Assembly (NCBI GenBank): GCA_965208125.1
Contig: OZ242320.1
Coordinates: 4,800,001-4,864,000, forward strand
Direction: 5' to 3'
From: Candidatus Latescibacterota bacterium
GTDB taxonomy: Bacteria; Latescibacterota; UBA2968
DNA: 64,000 nucleotides
Below the pieces are notes generated by a model. That model was not told the DNA's origin, made no database searches, and saw nothing but the letters and a program-made list of their open reading frames with translations. Made by a program: the position numbers and the translations under genes. Shown here piece by piece: positions 41,340 through 50,671 of the stretch. Within the stretch, counting starts at the first letter, position 1. Each line of letters opens with the position of its first letter.

Positions 41340-41380
41340 TAAAAAACAGTCGGTTGCCAGAGTAGAAGCACGCCGACTGC
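41340..41380 (-). terminator. Riboswitch expression-platform terminator
   Basis: Minus strand cagtcgg...ccgactg-tttttt between the aptamer and asd. Confidence 0.75.
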
Positions 41381-41400
41381 ATATAGCAGAGACTGCCCAC

Positions 41401-41573
41401 AAGAGAGTGCTCCACGGGATCATTTCCCGTGACAGTTCAGCAGATGTTATCTGTTGACCCAGCCAAATGCCCTGCGGAGAGACATTTGGCTTCGGCATCC
41501 CGACCCTTTCATCTGGCCTATAGATCCGCTTTCTGGTGCCAGATTACTGATGACGGGACGCGCCTCTACTCTT
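41401..41573 (-). promoter_or_regulatory. Lysine riboswitch (L-box)
   Basis: Minus strand AGAGGCGC...CAGTA...GAAAGGG...GCCGAA...CTGGG...ACTGTC...GGAGCACT with aagag/ctctt P1 pairing, directly upstream of asd. Confidence 0.92.
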
Positions 41574-41721
41574 GGTGGGAAGAAATCTCACATATTCTAT
41601 ATTTTTTGTCAACCCGAAAATGAAATATGTCGCTGATATTGACAGGCAGGCACTTGCAGATTATCATAATAGAGTAAAGGAAGAGGTTAGACAAATCCAT
41701 GAGTCACACAAGGAGAATTTT

Positions 41722-43128
41722 ATGAATATGGTGGTGATTTGCTGCGATACGTTTCGCGCAGATATTGTCGGAGCGGGTAAAAAGTTGAGCCATGTGAAAA
41801 CCCCTCATTTAGATCAATTGGCTTCTGATGGCCTGATCTTTAATCGCTGTTTTGCAGAGGGCTTGCCGACGATTCCTTTTCGGCGGTGTGTGTTTACGGG
41901 TATTCCGTCTTTTCCCTGGCGTTTTGATACGCCGAATGAAGGATTACAGCCAGCAGGCTCTGGCTGGCATCCTATTCCACCAGATCAGGATACGCTTGCG
42001 GAACGCCTGCACGATGCGGGCTTCGTTACGGGCCTGGTCGCGGATACCTATCACATGTTTAAGCCGACGCAGAATTTCACGCGGGGTTTTTTGTCGTGGC
42101 GGTTTATTCGCGGGCAGGAACAAGATGGATATCGCTCGGGGCCGCTGTCGCGCATTGATCTGGCAGCGCATGTACGGGATGGGGATGCAGACCCCAGGAA
42201 ACATGCGGTAATTGTTCAATATTTGCTCAATATGCTGGATCGGCAGGAGGGCGAAGAGAATTATCTCGCGGCTCAAGTGTTCCGCGAGGCATCGCAATGG
42301 GTGGAGGACAATAGGGGCAACAAGCCGTTTTTCCTGTGGATTGACAGCTTTAGTCCACACGAGTTATGGGATCCGCCCAGGCAGTATGCCGATGCTTATT
42401 TTTCAGATCCCTCGGTGAAGGATTATATCCATCATAGCGTCTTGTCCATTGACGATGCTACAGATGCGGAAATAGAGCGCACAAAAGCATTGTATATGGG
42501 CTATATCACATTTGTAGATCGCTGGATTGGACATTTGTTGGAAACGATTGACCGATTGAATTTACGGGACGATACGGTGGTGATGTTCATATCCGATCAC
42601 GGCACGCAATTGATGGATAGGGGGCGGTTTGGCAAGGGCGGTAATGCGCTGTTTCCCTTTAATACGCAGATAAACTGGATTGTCCGCCATCCGGATGGGC
42701 CGCGCGGACAGCACTCGGATACCTGGACGCAGAATCAGGATATTACGCCGACGATTCTCAATATGCTGGGCGTTGATTACGAAGAGATGGATGGCGCAGA
42801 TGCCTGGGCATGTGTGACGGGTGGATGCGAACCTGCTCGGGACTACATCACAACGGGTTGGGCAACGAACTTTAATGTGCGGGATGATCGCTATAGCGTA
42901 CACATGGATGTGGGAACGAGATCACCGGAGGCCACGGTTTACGATTTGAGTGTGGATGCCGATGAAAAAAATCCCCTGAGCGATCCGCCCCGCGAGGTCG
43001 TTGAGCAGGCATTGGAACGGGCGCGTGCTGTGATTGGCGATTTTCCCGATGTGTTTAGCGCGTACAAACAGAGACATCCGGCGCGGGCAATGCGGACGTT
43101 TATGAACAAGTATAATCTTGGAACATGA
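41722..43128 (+). CDS. Sulfatase-like hydrolase (alkaline phosphatase superfamily), Thr at the nucleophile position
   Basis: CDTFRAD, TPHLDQLA, TIPFR, PHELWDPP, SDHG; RBS aaggag. Confidence 0.85.
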   Translation: MNMVVICCDTFRADIVGAGKKLSHVKTPHLDQLASDGLIFNRCFAEGLPTIPFRRCVFTGIPSFPWRFDTPNEGLQPAGSGWHPIPPDQDTLAERLHDAGFVTGLVADTYHMFKPTQNFTRGFLSWRFIRGQEQDGYRSGPLSRIDLAAHVRDGDADPRKHAVIVQYLLNMLDRQEGEENYLAAQVFREASQWVEDNRGNKPFFLWIDSFSPHELWDPPRQYADAYFSDPSVKDYIHHSVLSIDDATDAEIERTKALYMGYITFVDRWIGHLLETIDRLNLRDDTVVMFISDHGTQLMDRGRFGKGGNALFPFNTQINWIVRHPDGPRGQHSDTWTQNQDITPTILNMLGVDYEEMDGADAWACVTGGCEPARDYITTGWATNFNVRDDRYSVHMDVGTRSPEATVYDLSVDADEKNPLSDPPREVVEQALERARAVIGDFPDVFSAYKQRHPARAMRTFMNKYNLGT

Positions 43129-44041
43129 GAGGCGGAATTTGAACTACACAGTCGAACAGCATCCCGATCATCACCGTTTGCATCACATCACAATTGATGC
43201 CGATGCCGCAGCGAGATTTGTGCGCGAGGTCGAAGACCTTACGGAACAGCGATTGACTTATGTGCCGTATTTGAGATTGATCGCTGCGGATCATCTGCAA
43301 AACATCGTCGGTGGCGATTTTTTCGAGCATATCAATGCGATCGTTAGAGACCGCGCAACAGGGGGTTTTACCATTTCTGCTGAGGGTGGGTTTGAGACGA
43401 TGGATCAGCGCGTTGCTTTTGGGACGGCTGTTTCGCATGCGATCGGGATTCCCAATTTTGACGATATGACGGGGAATTACTACGCCTGTTTTGAGGTGAA
43501 GGATACGGATAATAGCGATTCGTATTTGCGTCAGGCATATCGTCTTTTTACGCTCCATACCGACGGCACGTATGTCCGCGAGCGCACGGACTGGATTTTG
43601 ATGATGAAGATGGCGGAGCACGATGCGGTGGGAGGAGAGTCGCGGTTGTTGCATCTGGATGATTGGGAGGCGTTAGATCACTTTGCCAGCCATCCATTGG
43701 CTTCTTTGCCCCTGAACTATCAGTCTCCGCCGAGTAAGAATTATCCCGTTACGATTGAAAAAACGACGTTCTACGAACGAGACGGCAAAGCGTGTGTGTG
43801 TTTTATCGATCAGTTTGTCTATCCCGAGACCATTGAGCAGGGTCGATATCTGCGCGATCTCTCCGATTCGATGGAAGCGTCACAGGGGGTGGTTTCGCTG
43901 CCCTTGCCGCCCGATCATATAGTGGTGCTCAACAACCATTTCTGGCTGCACGGACGCGAGGCATTTGTGAAAAATCGCGAGCTCTACCGCTTGCTGATGC
44001 GGCAGAGGGGATATTTCAGGAAGGAAATGGAGGTGAAATGA
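43118..44041 (+). CDS. glaH: Glutarate 2-hydroxylase (CsiD), Fe(II)/2-oxoglutarate dioxygenase
   Basis: DNSDSYLRQ, LHTDGTYV, LLHLDDWE, PPSKN, IDQFV.P, NNHFWLHGR and LMRQRGYF match CsiD motifs. Confidence 0.92.
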   Translation: MEHERRNLNYTVEQHPDHHRLHHITIDADAAARFVREVEDLTEQRLTYVPYLRLIAADHLQNIVGGDFFEHINAIVRDRATGGFTISAEGGFETMDQRVAFGTAVSHAIGIPNFDDMTGNYYACFEVKDTDNSDSYLRQAYRLFTLHTDGTYVRERTDWILMMKMAEHDAVGGESRLLHLDDWEALDHFASHPLASLPLNYQSPPSKNYPVTIEKTTFYERDGKACVCFIDQFVYPETIEQGRYLRDLSDSMEASQGVVSLPLPPDHIVVLNNHFWLHGREAFVKNRELYRLLMRQRGYFRKEMEVK

Positions 44042-44044
44042 ATA

Positions 44045-45052
44045 ATGCCTAAAATCAACGACTTAGACTTAAAAAATTGGAAGGAATACAGCGACATTCT
44101 CACCGATAGCATGTGGTCAATTGATGAGCGCGACAGATCGGGTGCTCACAACAATGCTTATCACGGCAATTTTATTCCACAAATTCCTAATCAGATGATG
44201 AGGCGGTTTACGCAAAAGGGCGATGTGGTCTTGGATGCCTTTTTGGGGCATGGTACGACACTCATTGAATCGAAGCGATTAGGACGAAATGGTATAGGCG
44301 TTGAGTTGGTACCAGAAGTGGCAGAAATTGCTATGCAAAACTTGAGCCAGGAAGAATTACCATTTGGTAGAACTGAAGCACTAAACAGCGAAAATGTTTT
44401 GACGGAGGTTATTGTTGCTGATAGTACAACTCAATATGCGCGTACCAAAGTTTTGGAAGTACTCAACAAAATAGGAAAGAAAAATATCGACTTGATTTTA
44501 CTACATCCCCCATATCACGACATTATCCATTTTAGTGACAAAAAAGAGGATTTGTGTAATGCATCAACGGTTGAAGAATTTACCGCAAAATTCGGCGATG
44601 TGATTGAAAATTTTTCCGATTTATTAGACCGAGATAGATACATGGCAGTTATTATCGGCGACAAATACACAAATAGCGAGTGGGTACCGCTTGGTTTTTA
44701 TCTCATGCAAGAAACACTGAGGCGCGGCAAGGACTTACAGCTAAAAAGCATTGTGGTGAAAAATATGGTGAATAATCGGGCGAAACAAAATCAAGAAAAT
44801 CTGTGGCGTTATCGCGCGCTCGTTGGGGGGTTCTACATTTTCAAACACGAGTACATTTTTGCTTTTAAAAAAGTATCAAGCAAGACAACAAAAGTCAGCA
44901 CCTCTGATGCAATTAAGGTCTATACTACAAGATCGGGAACGAAGTACCATAGCGCCGACTGTCGATATTTAGGAAGAGATCAGATTTCCACCTCATTGAA
45001 AAATGCTAAGAAAGACTATTCTCCTTGCTCATTCTGCAAACCAGCAGAATAA
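44045..45052 (+). CDS. Amino-DNA methyltransferase (N4C/N6A type) with a C-terminal Ada-like Zn-binding module
   Basis: HGNFIPQIP, DAFLGHGTT, LHPPY; tail KYH...C...YSPCSFCKP. Confidence 0.85.
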   Translation: MPKINDLDLKNWKEYSDILTDSMWSIDERDRSGAHNNAYHGNFIPQIPNQMMRRFTQKGDVVLDAFLGHGTTLIESKRLGRNGIGVELVPEVAEIAMQNLSQEELPFGRTEALNSENVLTEVIVADSTTQYARTKVLEVLNKIGKKNIDLILLHPPYHDIIHFSDKKEDLCNASTVEEFTAKFGDVIENFSDLLDRDRYMAVIIGDKYTNSEWVPLGFYLMQETLRRGKDLQLKSIVVKNMVNNRAKQNQENLWRYRALVGGFYIFKHEYIFAFKKVSSKTTKVSTSDAIKVYTTRSGTKYHSADCRYLGRDQISTSLKNAKKDYSPCSFCKPAE

Positions 45053-45222
45053 AGTATCCACTGATTTTTTATGAAGAGAGACCCTAAATAGATCCAAGTA
45101 GAGTATAATCCACATCGACATTTTTCTATCGCCTGCTACGCACCAATAGCTTATGCACAGCCGCATCAATCACAGGTTTGAAACCCAAGCTATAAACACT
45201 TCACCAAAATAGGGAACTCCAG

Positions 45223-46392
45223 ATGACAACACATGTTTTCATTGTTGACTCAACGACATTCAAAATCCACTTGGAATATCTTTTTGCCGGTACTGGTGCA
45301 AAAGAAAACAGAGTTGACTTCAATAATAGTCCAGACATCTATCTTCACCCAACAAGAGAAAATATGCTTGTTGGCATGATTGCCGATGGAAGCAGAATTA
45401 GGCAAGGAGACCAAATTGTGTTCTACTTACAGCAGGATTTTTCGAGAGGAATTTTTGAAGGTAAGTTTTTTGGAATTTTCAAAGCCAAACACGACTGGTC
45501 GTTCTTAGACAATAATGACGGTCTGCAATATCTCAGAGACGAACTAAAAAAATCACTAACTTTCAGAACTTTTATTGAGCCATATAGAGTCTATGCCGAA
45601 GGCGTAACAGAATGGGAGGCGTTAGATGAAATTCAAAACATAAACTCTCCGAATCAAATGCTATGGAGCTTGATATACCGAAAACTGAAAGGCAATCGCG
45701 GCAATACAATGATAACAATTTATGAGGCAGAACGATTGACGCAACTTATTAGAAATAAAAATACACAAACAGAATTGAATTGCCAAAATAAGAGGCTTTC
45801 ATTTGACCCTAATGAACAAAAAATAGTTTGTCTTAACGACGAGCCAAGAACTTACGGGGGGATGAGGCAAGAGGAACTAAACCTATTACCGCGATTAATT
45901 GCAAAATATGAAGCTGGAAGAGCATTTGAATCGCATTTACAGGCGTACATAACAAAGAATATAGGAAGGAATATAAATGCGAGTTTGAACGAGGCAATAC
46001 TTGACGGCGCGCAAATCGAATGGCTTGGCAATGAAGTGTCCTGCGGCGTTGGTATGCAGAGAATTGATATTATGGCATCAGCCATACAAAATGAACAAAG
46101 AATACTTATTGCCATTGAACTTAAAGCGGTCGAAGCGCAGGAGAATAACGTAAACCAAATTCAAAGATACGTTGATTGGATTGAGCAATATTATATTCCG
46201 AACCGCCCAAGTGATATTCAGCCAATGCTGATCACAAAAGAAATTGCCAATAAACAATCATTGGTCTATCAGCAATTAATTCAGAGTTTTTACAGTTTTA
46301 ACCAGACAAATAACGGACGGTGTGACCGACTAAAATTTATTGAATTTAGCTTGGTTGGAGATGAGTTATATTTTTCAATCGTCCCTTATTGA
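45223..46392 (+). CDS. Putative restriction endonuclease: EVE/PUA-like N-terminus + NucS-like PD-(D/E)XK domain
   Basis: IRQGDQIVFYLQ...FFGIFK; ESHLQAYI, EV..G.G..RIDI, IELK, QIQRYVDW. Confidence 0.7.
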   Translation: MTTHVFIVDSTTFKIHLEYLFAGTGAKENRVDFNNSPDIYLHPTRENMLVGMIADGSRIRQGDQIVFYLQQDFSRGIFEGKFFGIFKAKHDWSFLDNNDGLQYLRDELKKSLTFRTFIEPYRVYAEGVTEWEALDEIQNINSPNQMLWSLIYRKLKGNRGNTMITIYEAERLTQLIRNKNTQTELNCQNKRLSFDPNEQKIVCLNDEPRTYGGMRQEELNLLPRLIAKYEAGRAFESHLQAYITKNIGRNINASLNEAILDGAQIEWLGNEVSCGVGMQRIDIMASAIQNEQRILIAIELKAVEAQENNVNQIQRYVDWIEQYYIPNRPSDIQPMLITKEIANKQSLVYQQLIQSFYSFNQTNNGRCDRLKFIEFSLVGDELYFSIVPY

Positions 46393-46454
46393 TGAAATTT
46401 GTAGGAATAAACGGCGAACCTTTGTCCGTGTCAACTTTACACTGACTACAATCT

Positions 46455-46692
46455 GTCTCGACCCTGTCACCTTGGTCCGAGACCCACTTCAAGGGGCCCC
46501 GCCCGCCACGTTAATATCGCACCACTGGGCGCGTGTGGGCATTCTGCGGAATTGGTCTGCCCCGCCGTTACAGGCCACGCAATCAACTGTGTCGGAACCG
46601 AACCTGGAGGTGGTTAGCTGCGGTATTCCCAATAAAGCCGCGTGGAACTGCTGAGAAATTTGCATTTGGATTGGTCGTCTCATATCCACAGT
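46455..46692 (+). ncRNA. Unidentified structured RNA candidate
   Basis: GC-rich multi-hairpin stretch between TACAAT (46447-46452) and a terminator; no credible ORF; strand inferred from the -10 box. Confidence 0.4.
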
Positions 46693-46728
46693 AAAAGCCC
46701 GACTTGATTAGAACAGGTCGGGCTTTTT
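46693..46728. terminator. Bidirectional intrinsic terminator
   Basis: aaaa-gcccgac...gtcgggc-ttttt. Confidence 0.8.
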
Positions 46729-46797
46729 GTTTCTGACGCAAGATTGGGAAATCGCGTCACGCATCCAATGCTTGCCCAAATGCCTCGATAAATGATG

Positions 46798-47250
46798 CTA
46801 TTCGAAACTTTCCAATGCCAGAATTAGATGCTCTGGAAAGTCAGGAGGTAAGTTTGTTCGATATCGTTTTTCGCTGGTCAACCAGATACAATCAAGTTTG
46901 TTTGCAAGGACGATATAAGTCGCATCATAAAATCCGCGATTAAAGCGGATAGCAAAATCCAAAATTGTTTGTCGATCTTGTACGCTCAAGTCACAAAACA
47001 CAATTGGCAATTCAGAGAATGTTCGATACGCTTCTATTGCTTGATCTGTTTCGATACGCTGCCTACCACTGCGCTGTGCCCGGGTGATAATGTGACCTAA
47101 TTCATACTCGAGAATATGCGGTGCATAAAAAACGATCTCTTTAGCTAAGAACCGAATGAGAAACGTCTCTGCAATATCTACCACGTCTTCGTCGTTTAAG
47201 AACCACTTAGCAGCAACTGACGCATCTAAAACGTATCTTTCATTGATCAT
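46798..47250 (-). CDS. vapC: VapC-family PIN-domain toxin
   Basis: VLDASVAAKW, YEL, FYDATYIVLA, LTSE. Confidence 0.88.
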   Translation of the reverse strand: MINERYVLDASVAAKWFLNDEDVVDIAETFLIRFLAKEIVFYAPHILEYELGHIITRAQRSGRQRIETDQAIEAYRTFSELPIVFCDLSVQDRQTILDFAIRFNRGFYDATYIVLANKLDCIWLTSEKRYRTNLPPDFPEHLILALESFE

Positions 47251-47401
47251 TTAACCGCCTTAAAATCTCACCAGAATTCACTACTACAGGACCAATAGCT
47301 TTGCGAATCTTTTTTATTCGATTAAATAAATTTTTTTCTGGTGCGTTCAGTTTGCGAATATCGCCTCGAATGAGTGGTCGTGTTGTCATCTGTCCAGGCA
47401 T
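47240..47401 (-). CDS. Putative 53-aa antitoxin (not in the ORF track)
   Basis: RBS aaggag, MPGQMTTRPLIRG...ILRRLNDQ*, overlapping the vapC start. Confidence 0.65.
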   Translation of the reverse strand: MPGQMTTRPLIRGDIRKLNAPEKNLFNRIKKIRKAIGPVVVNSGEILRRLNDQ

Positions 47402-47486
47402 ATTGTTTCTCCTTTGTTTTTACAAATTTACGGACTTTCCAATTATTCTTCAACCTGATTAACGATTGCCTATAATTCTGCGGATG

Positions 47487-50021
47487 CTAAAATTTCGGTG
47501 CCGGGAAATCCGGTAGCGGCGTATTTCGAAACGTTTCCCATTCTGTGCGGAGGTCGTTGAGCCATGGGGGAAGGGTTTGAAGGCGCGATTCGAGTTGGGC
47601 TTCGAAGAGCGATTCCGGTTCGACTGGGCTGCCGTTGGATTCGATGACCTGGAGGGTGCTTTCATTGAAGGTGGCGGGATCGCCGTGCAATCCGACGATG
47701 ATGGGCTGCACAAATCGGTCGCGAGCGTCGCCTGGTCGCCAAAAATCGTAGTATCTCAGAATGCCTCGATGTTTGAAATTCCAGAGGACATAATGCTTGA
47801 GGTGATTGGGATAATTGGCGAGGGACGCGCCGCTACCATACAGGATACCGCCATTGACGCGGTCGAGCAGGCTGGCATAAGGTTGGGCACCATGGGCGTC
47901 AATGCGTTGATCTGGACGCATGTCATAACGCCAGTACACGGTTCCAGCAGAGCGACTGTTCGTGCCCGGTCCATGCCAGTGGCCTGCAAGGTCTTCTGAC
48001 AGCCCGATCCATACGCCATAACCGCCATCGCTGGCAATAGATGAATGGCCCAGATTTCCCGCCTGTGTGACGTGGTACACGGATACGGAAGAACTCAAAC
48101 TTATGCGAAGGGCGCGATTACAATTGATGAAGGATGTGCGCCGTATCCAGGAATTGACGCATCGGGTGAGCCGGAGCAAACTCCAGCCACCATCGTGAAT
48201 AGCGTCTTTGTGGTGGACAAAATCATCCAGCCAGGTGCCGTGAAAGCTGATGTCTTCAACGCCGATTTCCTCGAGGTGCTGATATTCGCGCACGGTCCAG
48301 TTATGCGTGTGGTTGACATCGGTGTGCAGGGGTTCGTTGAGGCGAATTCGATTGCCCTGTATTTCGGCTATGCTGTGCTTTTCGCGCACCTGGATACCAT
48401 TGGTCAGCATGGTGGTCCAGATGGATTCTGCCGAGTAGGGCGCGAGAAATTCCGAGATGGCTGCGGTGCTGTTCATATAGAGCGTAATCCATTGACCAGG
48501 AAAGAGTCTGGAAGCGTCGGCTACTGTGATGTAGAAGGTTTCTCGGGCGGCACTTTCCGTAATAGGCGTCAGGGATCTATCGCTGGTGTTGCGGGGTTGA
48601 AAAATGAACATATAGGGCGATGTCCACAGTTGTTCGGGATTGAGTGGCGGCATGTAGTTCACCTGCCGGATGATTGTGCCTCCGCTTCGGCTACCGCTTC
48701 CCTTGAGGATGATATTGCTGTTGCGGATGTAGATGGACTGGTTGTTGTCGGCATTGGTATTGACGAGAAATTCGCCTGGGGGAAAGAAGACAATGCCGCC
48801 GTTGTTTTGCTCGGCTGCGGTAATGGCGCGCACGATAGCTGCCTGGTCTGAAAGGCCATCGTTGGGGATAGCACCATAAGCTGTGACGTCGAATACGTCG
48901 CCCTGGATATCGGGAATGGGTTTGTCAAAGTAGTGATAGCCCGCGTAGGAAAAGTCGGGTAAAATGGGTTCTGTGCCATTTTCTTTGGCCGCTACAAATT
49001 GTGTCCAGGTGCGTGCAGGCCCAATCTGGGGGACATAAGATATCCAGTTGCTCCGTGTCTGAATAAAATCAGCAACTTGCGCCCAAATTGGGATGGGATG
49101 TGTACTGGTGGGGTCGCGTGAGGCGAGAATATCCCGGGGAATTGGCACGCGGATCAGGGTTGTTCCCGCCTGAATGGTCTGTGTCAACAGGGGCTGTGTT
49201 TCGGTTCCCACCGCGATGTTTAAAGTTTGTGTGGTGTGATTTTTAAATGTGATGGGTATGTACCACTGCGTGCCGCCAGATCCGAATCCAGCGGTAAAAG
49301 TGAGAAAATCCCCAAAACCGATTTGTCCATCAGAATCGAGATCGTAGAGGGGATCATATCCCGCATCGGTCTGGGTTGCACCGAATTTTTGGGCGAAGAG
49401 TAGAAAATCAGTAAAACCAACGGCTCCGTTGCCATCAAAATCGAGATGGTCAATGGAGCCTTTTTCATATACAGGCGCGTCAACTTGCCAGGAAAAGGTC
49501 TGATCGACGGTTGCAATATGATCGATGAGCAGACGCGCATTTGAATTTTGACTGGTCTCTGTTCTGAATGTGATGTACCGCCTGTTGTAATCGGGTTCTC
49601 TGCCCCAGTTATCGTATTGGGGTTTTGCCAGTTCTACAACGGCAAGTTGCCACCCCTGAGGCGGTGTTTGTCCCTCCCATATCGTATATACAGCTTCCAT
49701 GCCGCCGACCAGGGGATAGTTGCGAACTTTGATTTTGAGGTCCCTCAGGCCACTGCCTTCTACTTTCCACCAGAAGCTCAGGCTGTGTTTCTGGGAGATG
49801 TCCTGCCCTGTGCTAAAAAAATTGTAGGTAAAGAATCCCGTTTGACCGACTGGTGGGGAAGCAACGATGGCAAAGCGACCCTCTGGCGCGTCTTTGGATA
49901 ATTGTACACCGCTGGACCAGCCGGAAAGATTGTCGCAATAGGTCAGCGTTTGCACCGGATCGCTGGCAGAGCAAGCACAGGCCCACAGAAATACAATTGT
50001 GAAGGTGATGGTTGATCGCAT
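47487..50021 (-). CDS. Secreted beta-helix polysaccharide lyase/hydrolase-like protein (DUF4955/pectate-lyase-3-like) with CBM-like N-terminus and internal dockerin-like pair
   Basis: Signal peptide; DFDGNGAVGFTDF and DLDSDGQIGFGDF; LPDFSYAGY, FDVTAYGAIPNDG.SD, VFFPPGEF, PESLFEAQL. Confidence 0.8.
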   Translation of the reverse strand: MRSTITFTIVFLWACACSASDPVQTLTYCDNLSGWSSGVQLSKDAPEGRFAIVASPPVGQTGFFTYNFFSTGQDISQKHSLSFWWKVEGSGLRDLKIKVRNYPLVGGMEAVYTIWEGQTPPQGWQLAVVELAKPQYDNWGREPDYNRRYITFRTETSQNSNARLLIDHIATVDQTFSWQVDAPVYEKGSIDHLDFDGNGAVGFTDFLLFAQKFGATQTDAGYDPLYDLDSDGQIGFGDFLTFTAGFGSGGTQWYIPITFKNHTTQTLNIAVGTETQPLLTQTIQAGTTLIRVPIPRDILASRDPTSTHPIPIWAQVADFIQTRSNWISYVPQIGPARTWTQFVAAKENGTEPILPDFSYAGYHYFDKPIPDIQGDVFDVTAYGAIPNDGLSDQAAIVRAITAAEQNNGGIVFFPPGEFLVNTNADNNQSIYIRNSNIILKGSGSRSGGTIIRQVNYMPPLNPEQLWTSPYMFIFQPRNTSDRSLTPITESAARETFYITVADASRLFPGQWITLYMNSTAAISEFLAPYSAESIWTTMLTNGIQVREKHSIAEIQGNRIRLNEPLHTDVNHTHNWTVREYQHLEEIGVEDISFHGTWLDDFVHHKDAIHDGGWSLLRLTRCVNSWIRRTSFINCNRALRISLSSSVSVYHVTQAGNLGHSSIASDGGYGVWIGLSEDLAGHWHGPGTNSRSAGTVYWRYDMRPDQRIDAHGAQPYASLLDRVNGGILYGSGASLANYPNHLKHYVLWNFKHRGILRYYDFWRPGDARDRFVQPIIVGLHGDPATFNESTLQVIESNGSPVEPESLFEAQLESRLQTLPPWLNDLRTEWETFRNTPLPDFPAPKF

Positions 50022-50131
50022 TGTTTTTTCCCGTGAATTTTATGCTAAAAAAATAGGGGTTGGACAAGATGACCACAATACGCTATCTTGTGATCAGTGA
50101 TGGACACGCCTTTTAAGAAAAGGATACCACA

Positions 50132-50368
50132 ATGGCAACAGTTGAAGAAACACAAGCGGAATTGAAAGGTCAGTTTGAACAGTTTTCACACCGACAACAA
50201 CGCCTTGAAACAGAAGTAGATAACACACGTAGCGAATTGACACAAGCGATTAGGGACTTGTCTAATAAGATAGACAGTAGTTTTTCATCCCTTCGGCAAT
50301 TACTCGTCACATTGATTATAGCTGCCTGTGCGGTCATCGGGCTGGTGGTCACGCTTTTTGGCAACTGA
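50132..50368 (+). CDS. Small coiled-coil protein with C-terminal TM helix (DUF1640-like)
   Basis: Heptad-rich N-terminus, hydrophobic tail, RBS aagga, downstream terminator-like hairpin. Confidence 0.65.
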   Translation: MATVEETQAELKGQFEQFSHRQQRLETEVDNTRSELTQAIRDLSNKIDSSFSSLRQLLVTLIIAACAVIGLVVTLFGN

Positions 50369-50599
50369 CTGGTCACTCTTTCTGTTTTTTCGCCCCTGTA
50401 CCCCTCGGTTCAGGGGCTTTTTCTTTTTTTAAATAATACTTTGGCCTGACAATTGAACACTGGCAATTTGACATGATATGCCAAAAATGGGTGCTTGTCT
50501 ATGCCATATCATCAGGCCGAGAGATGGTGCAGAATACCAAAAAAATTTAAAATGTTTATTTACAATATGTTATTCAAATTTTTCTAAAATAGAAATTTG

Positions 50600-50615
50600 T
50601 GGCACGGGAATTGCA
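50600..50615 (+). promoter_or_regulatory. Sigma-54 -24/-12 promoter of hsp20
   Basis: TGGCAC-GGGAA-TTGCA. Confidence 0.85.
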
Positions 50616-50671
50616 ATAGAAATAGGGCGAGACGAACAAGCAACCAACAACCAATAACAGGAGGTATTGAG

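Noticed and set aside
46484-46500. tRNA-Sec suggested by cttcaa in a small hairpin
   Set aside because: No T-loop (GTTCGA), acceptor stem or cloverleaf.
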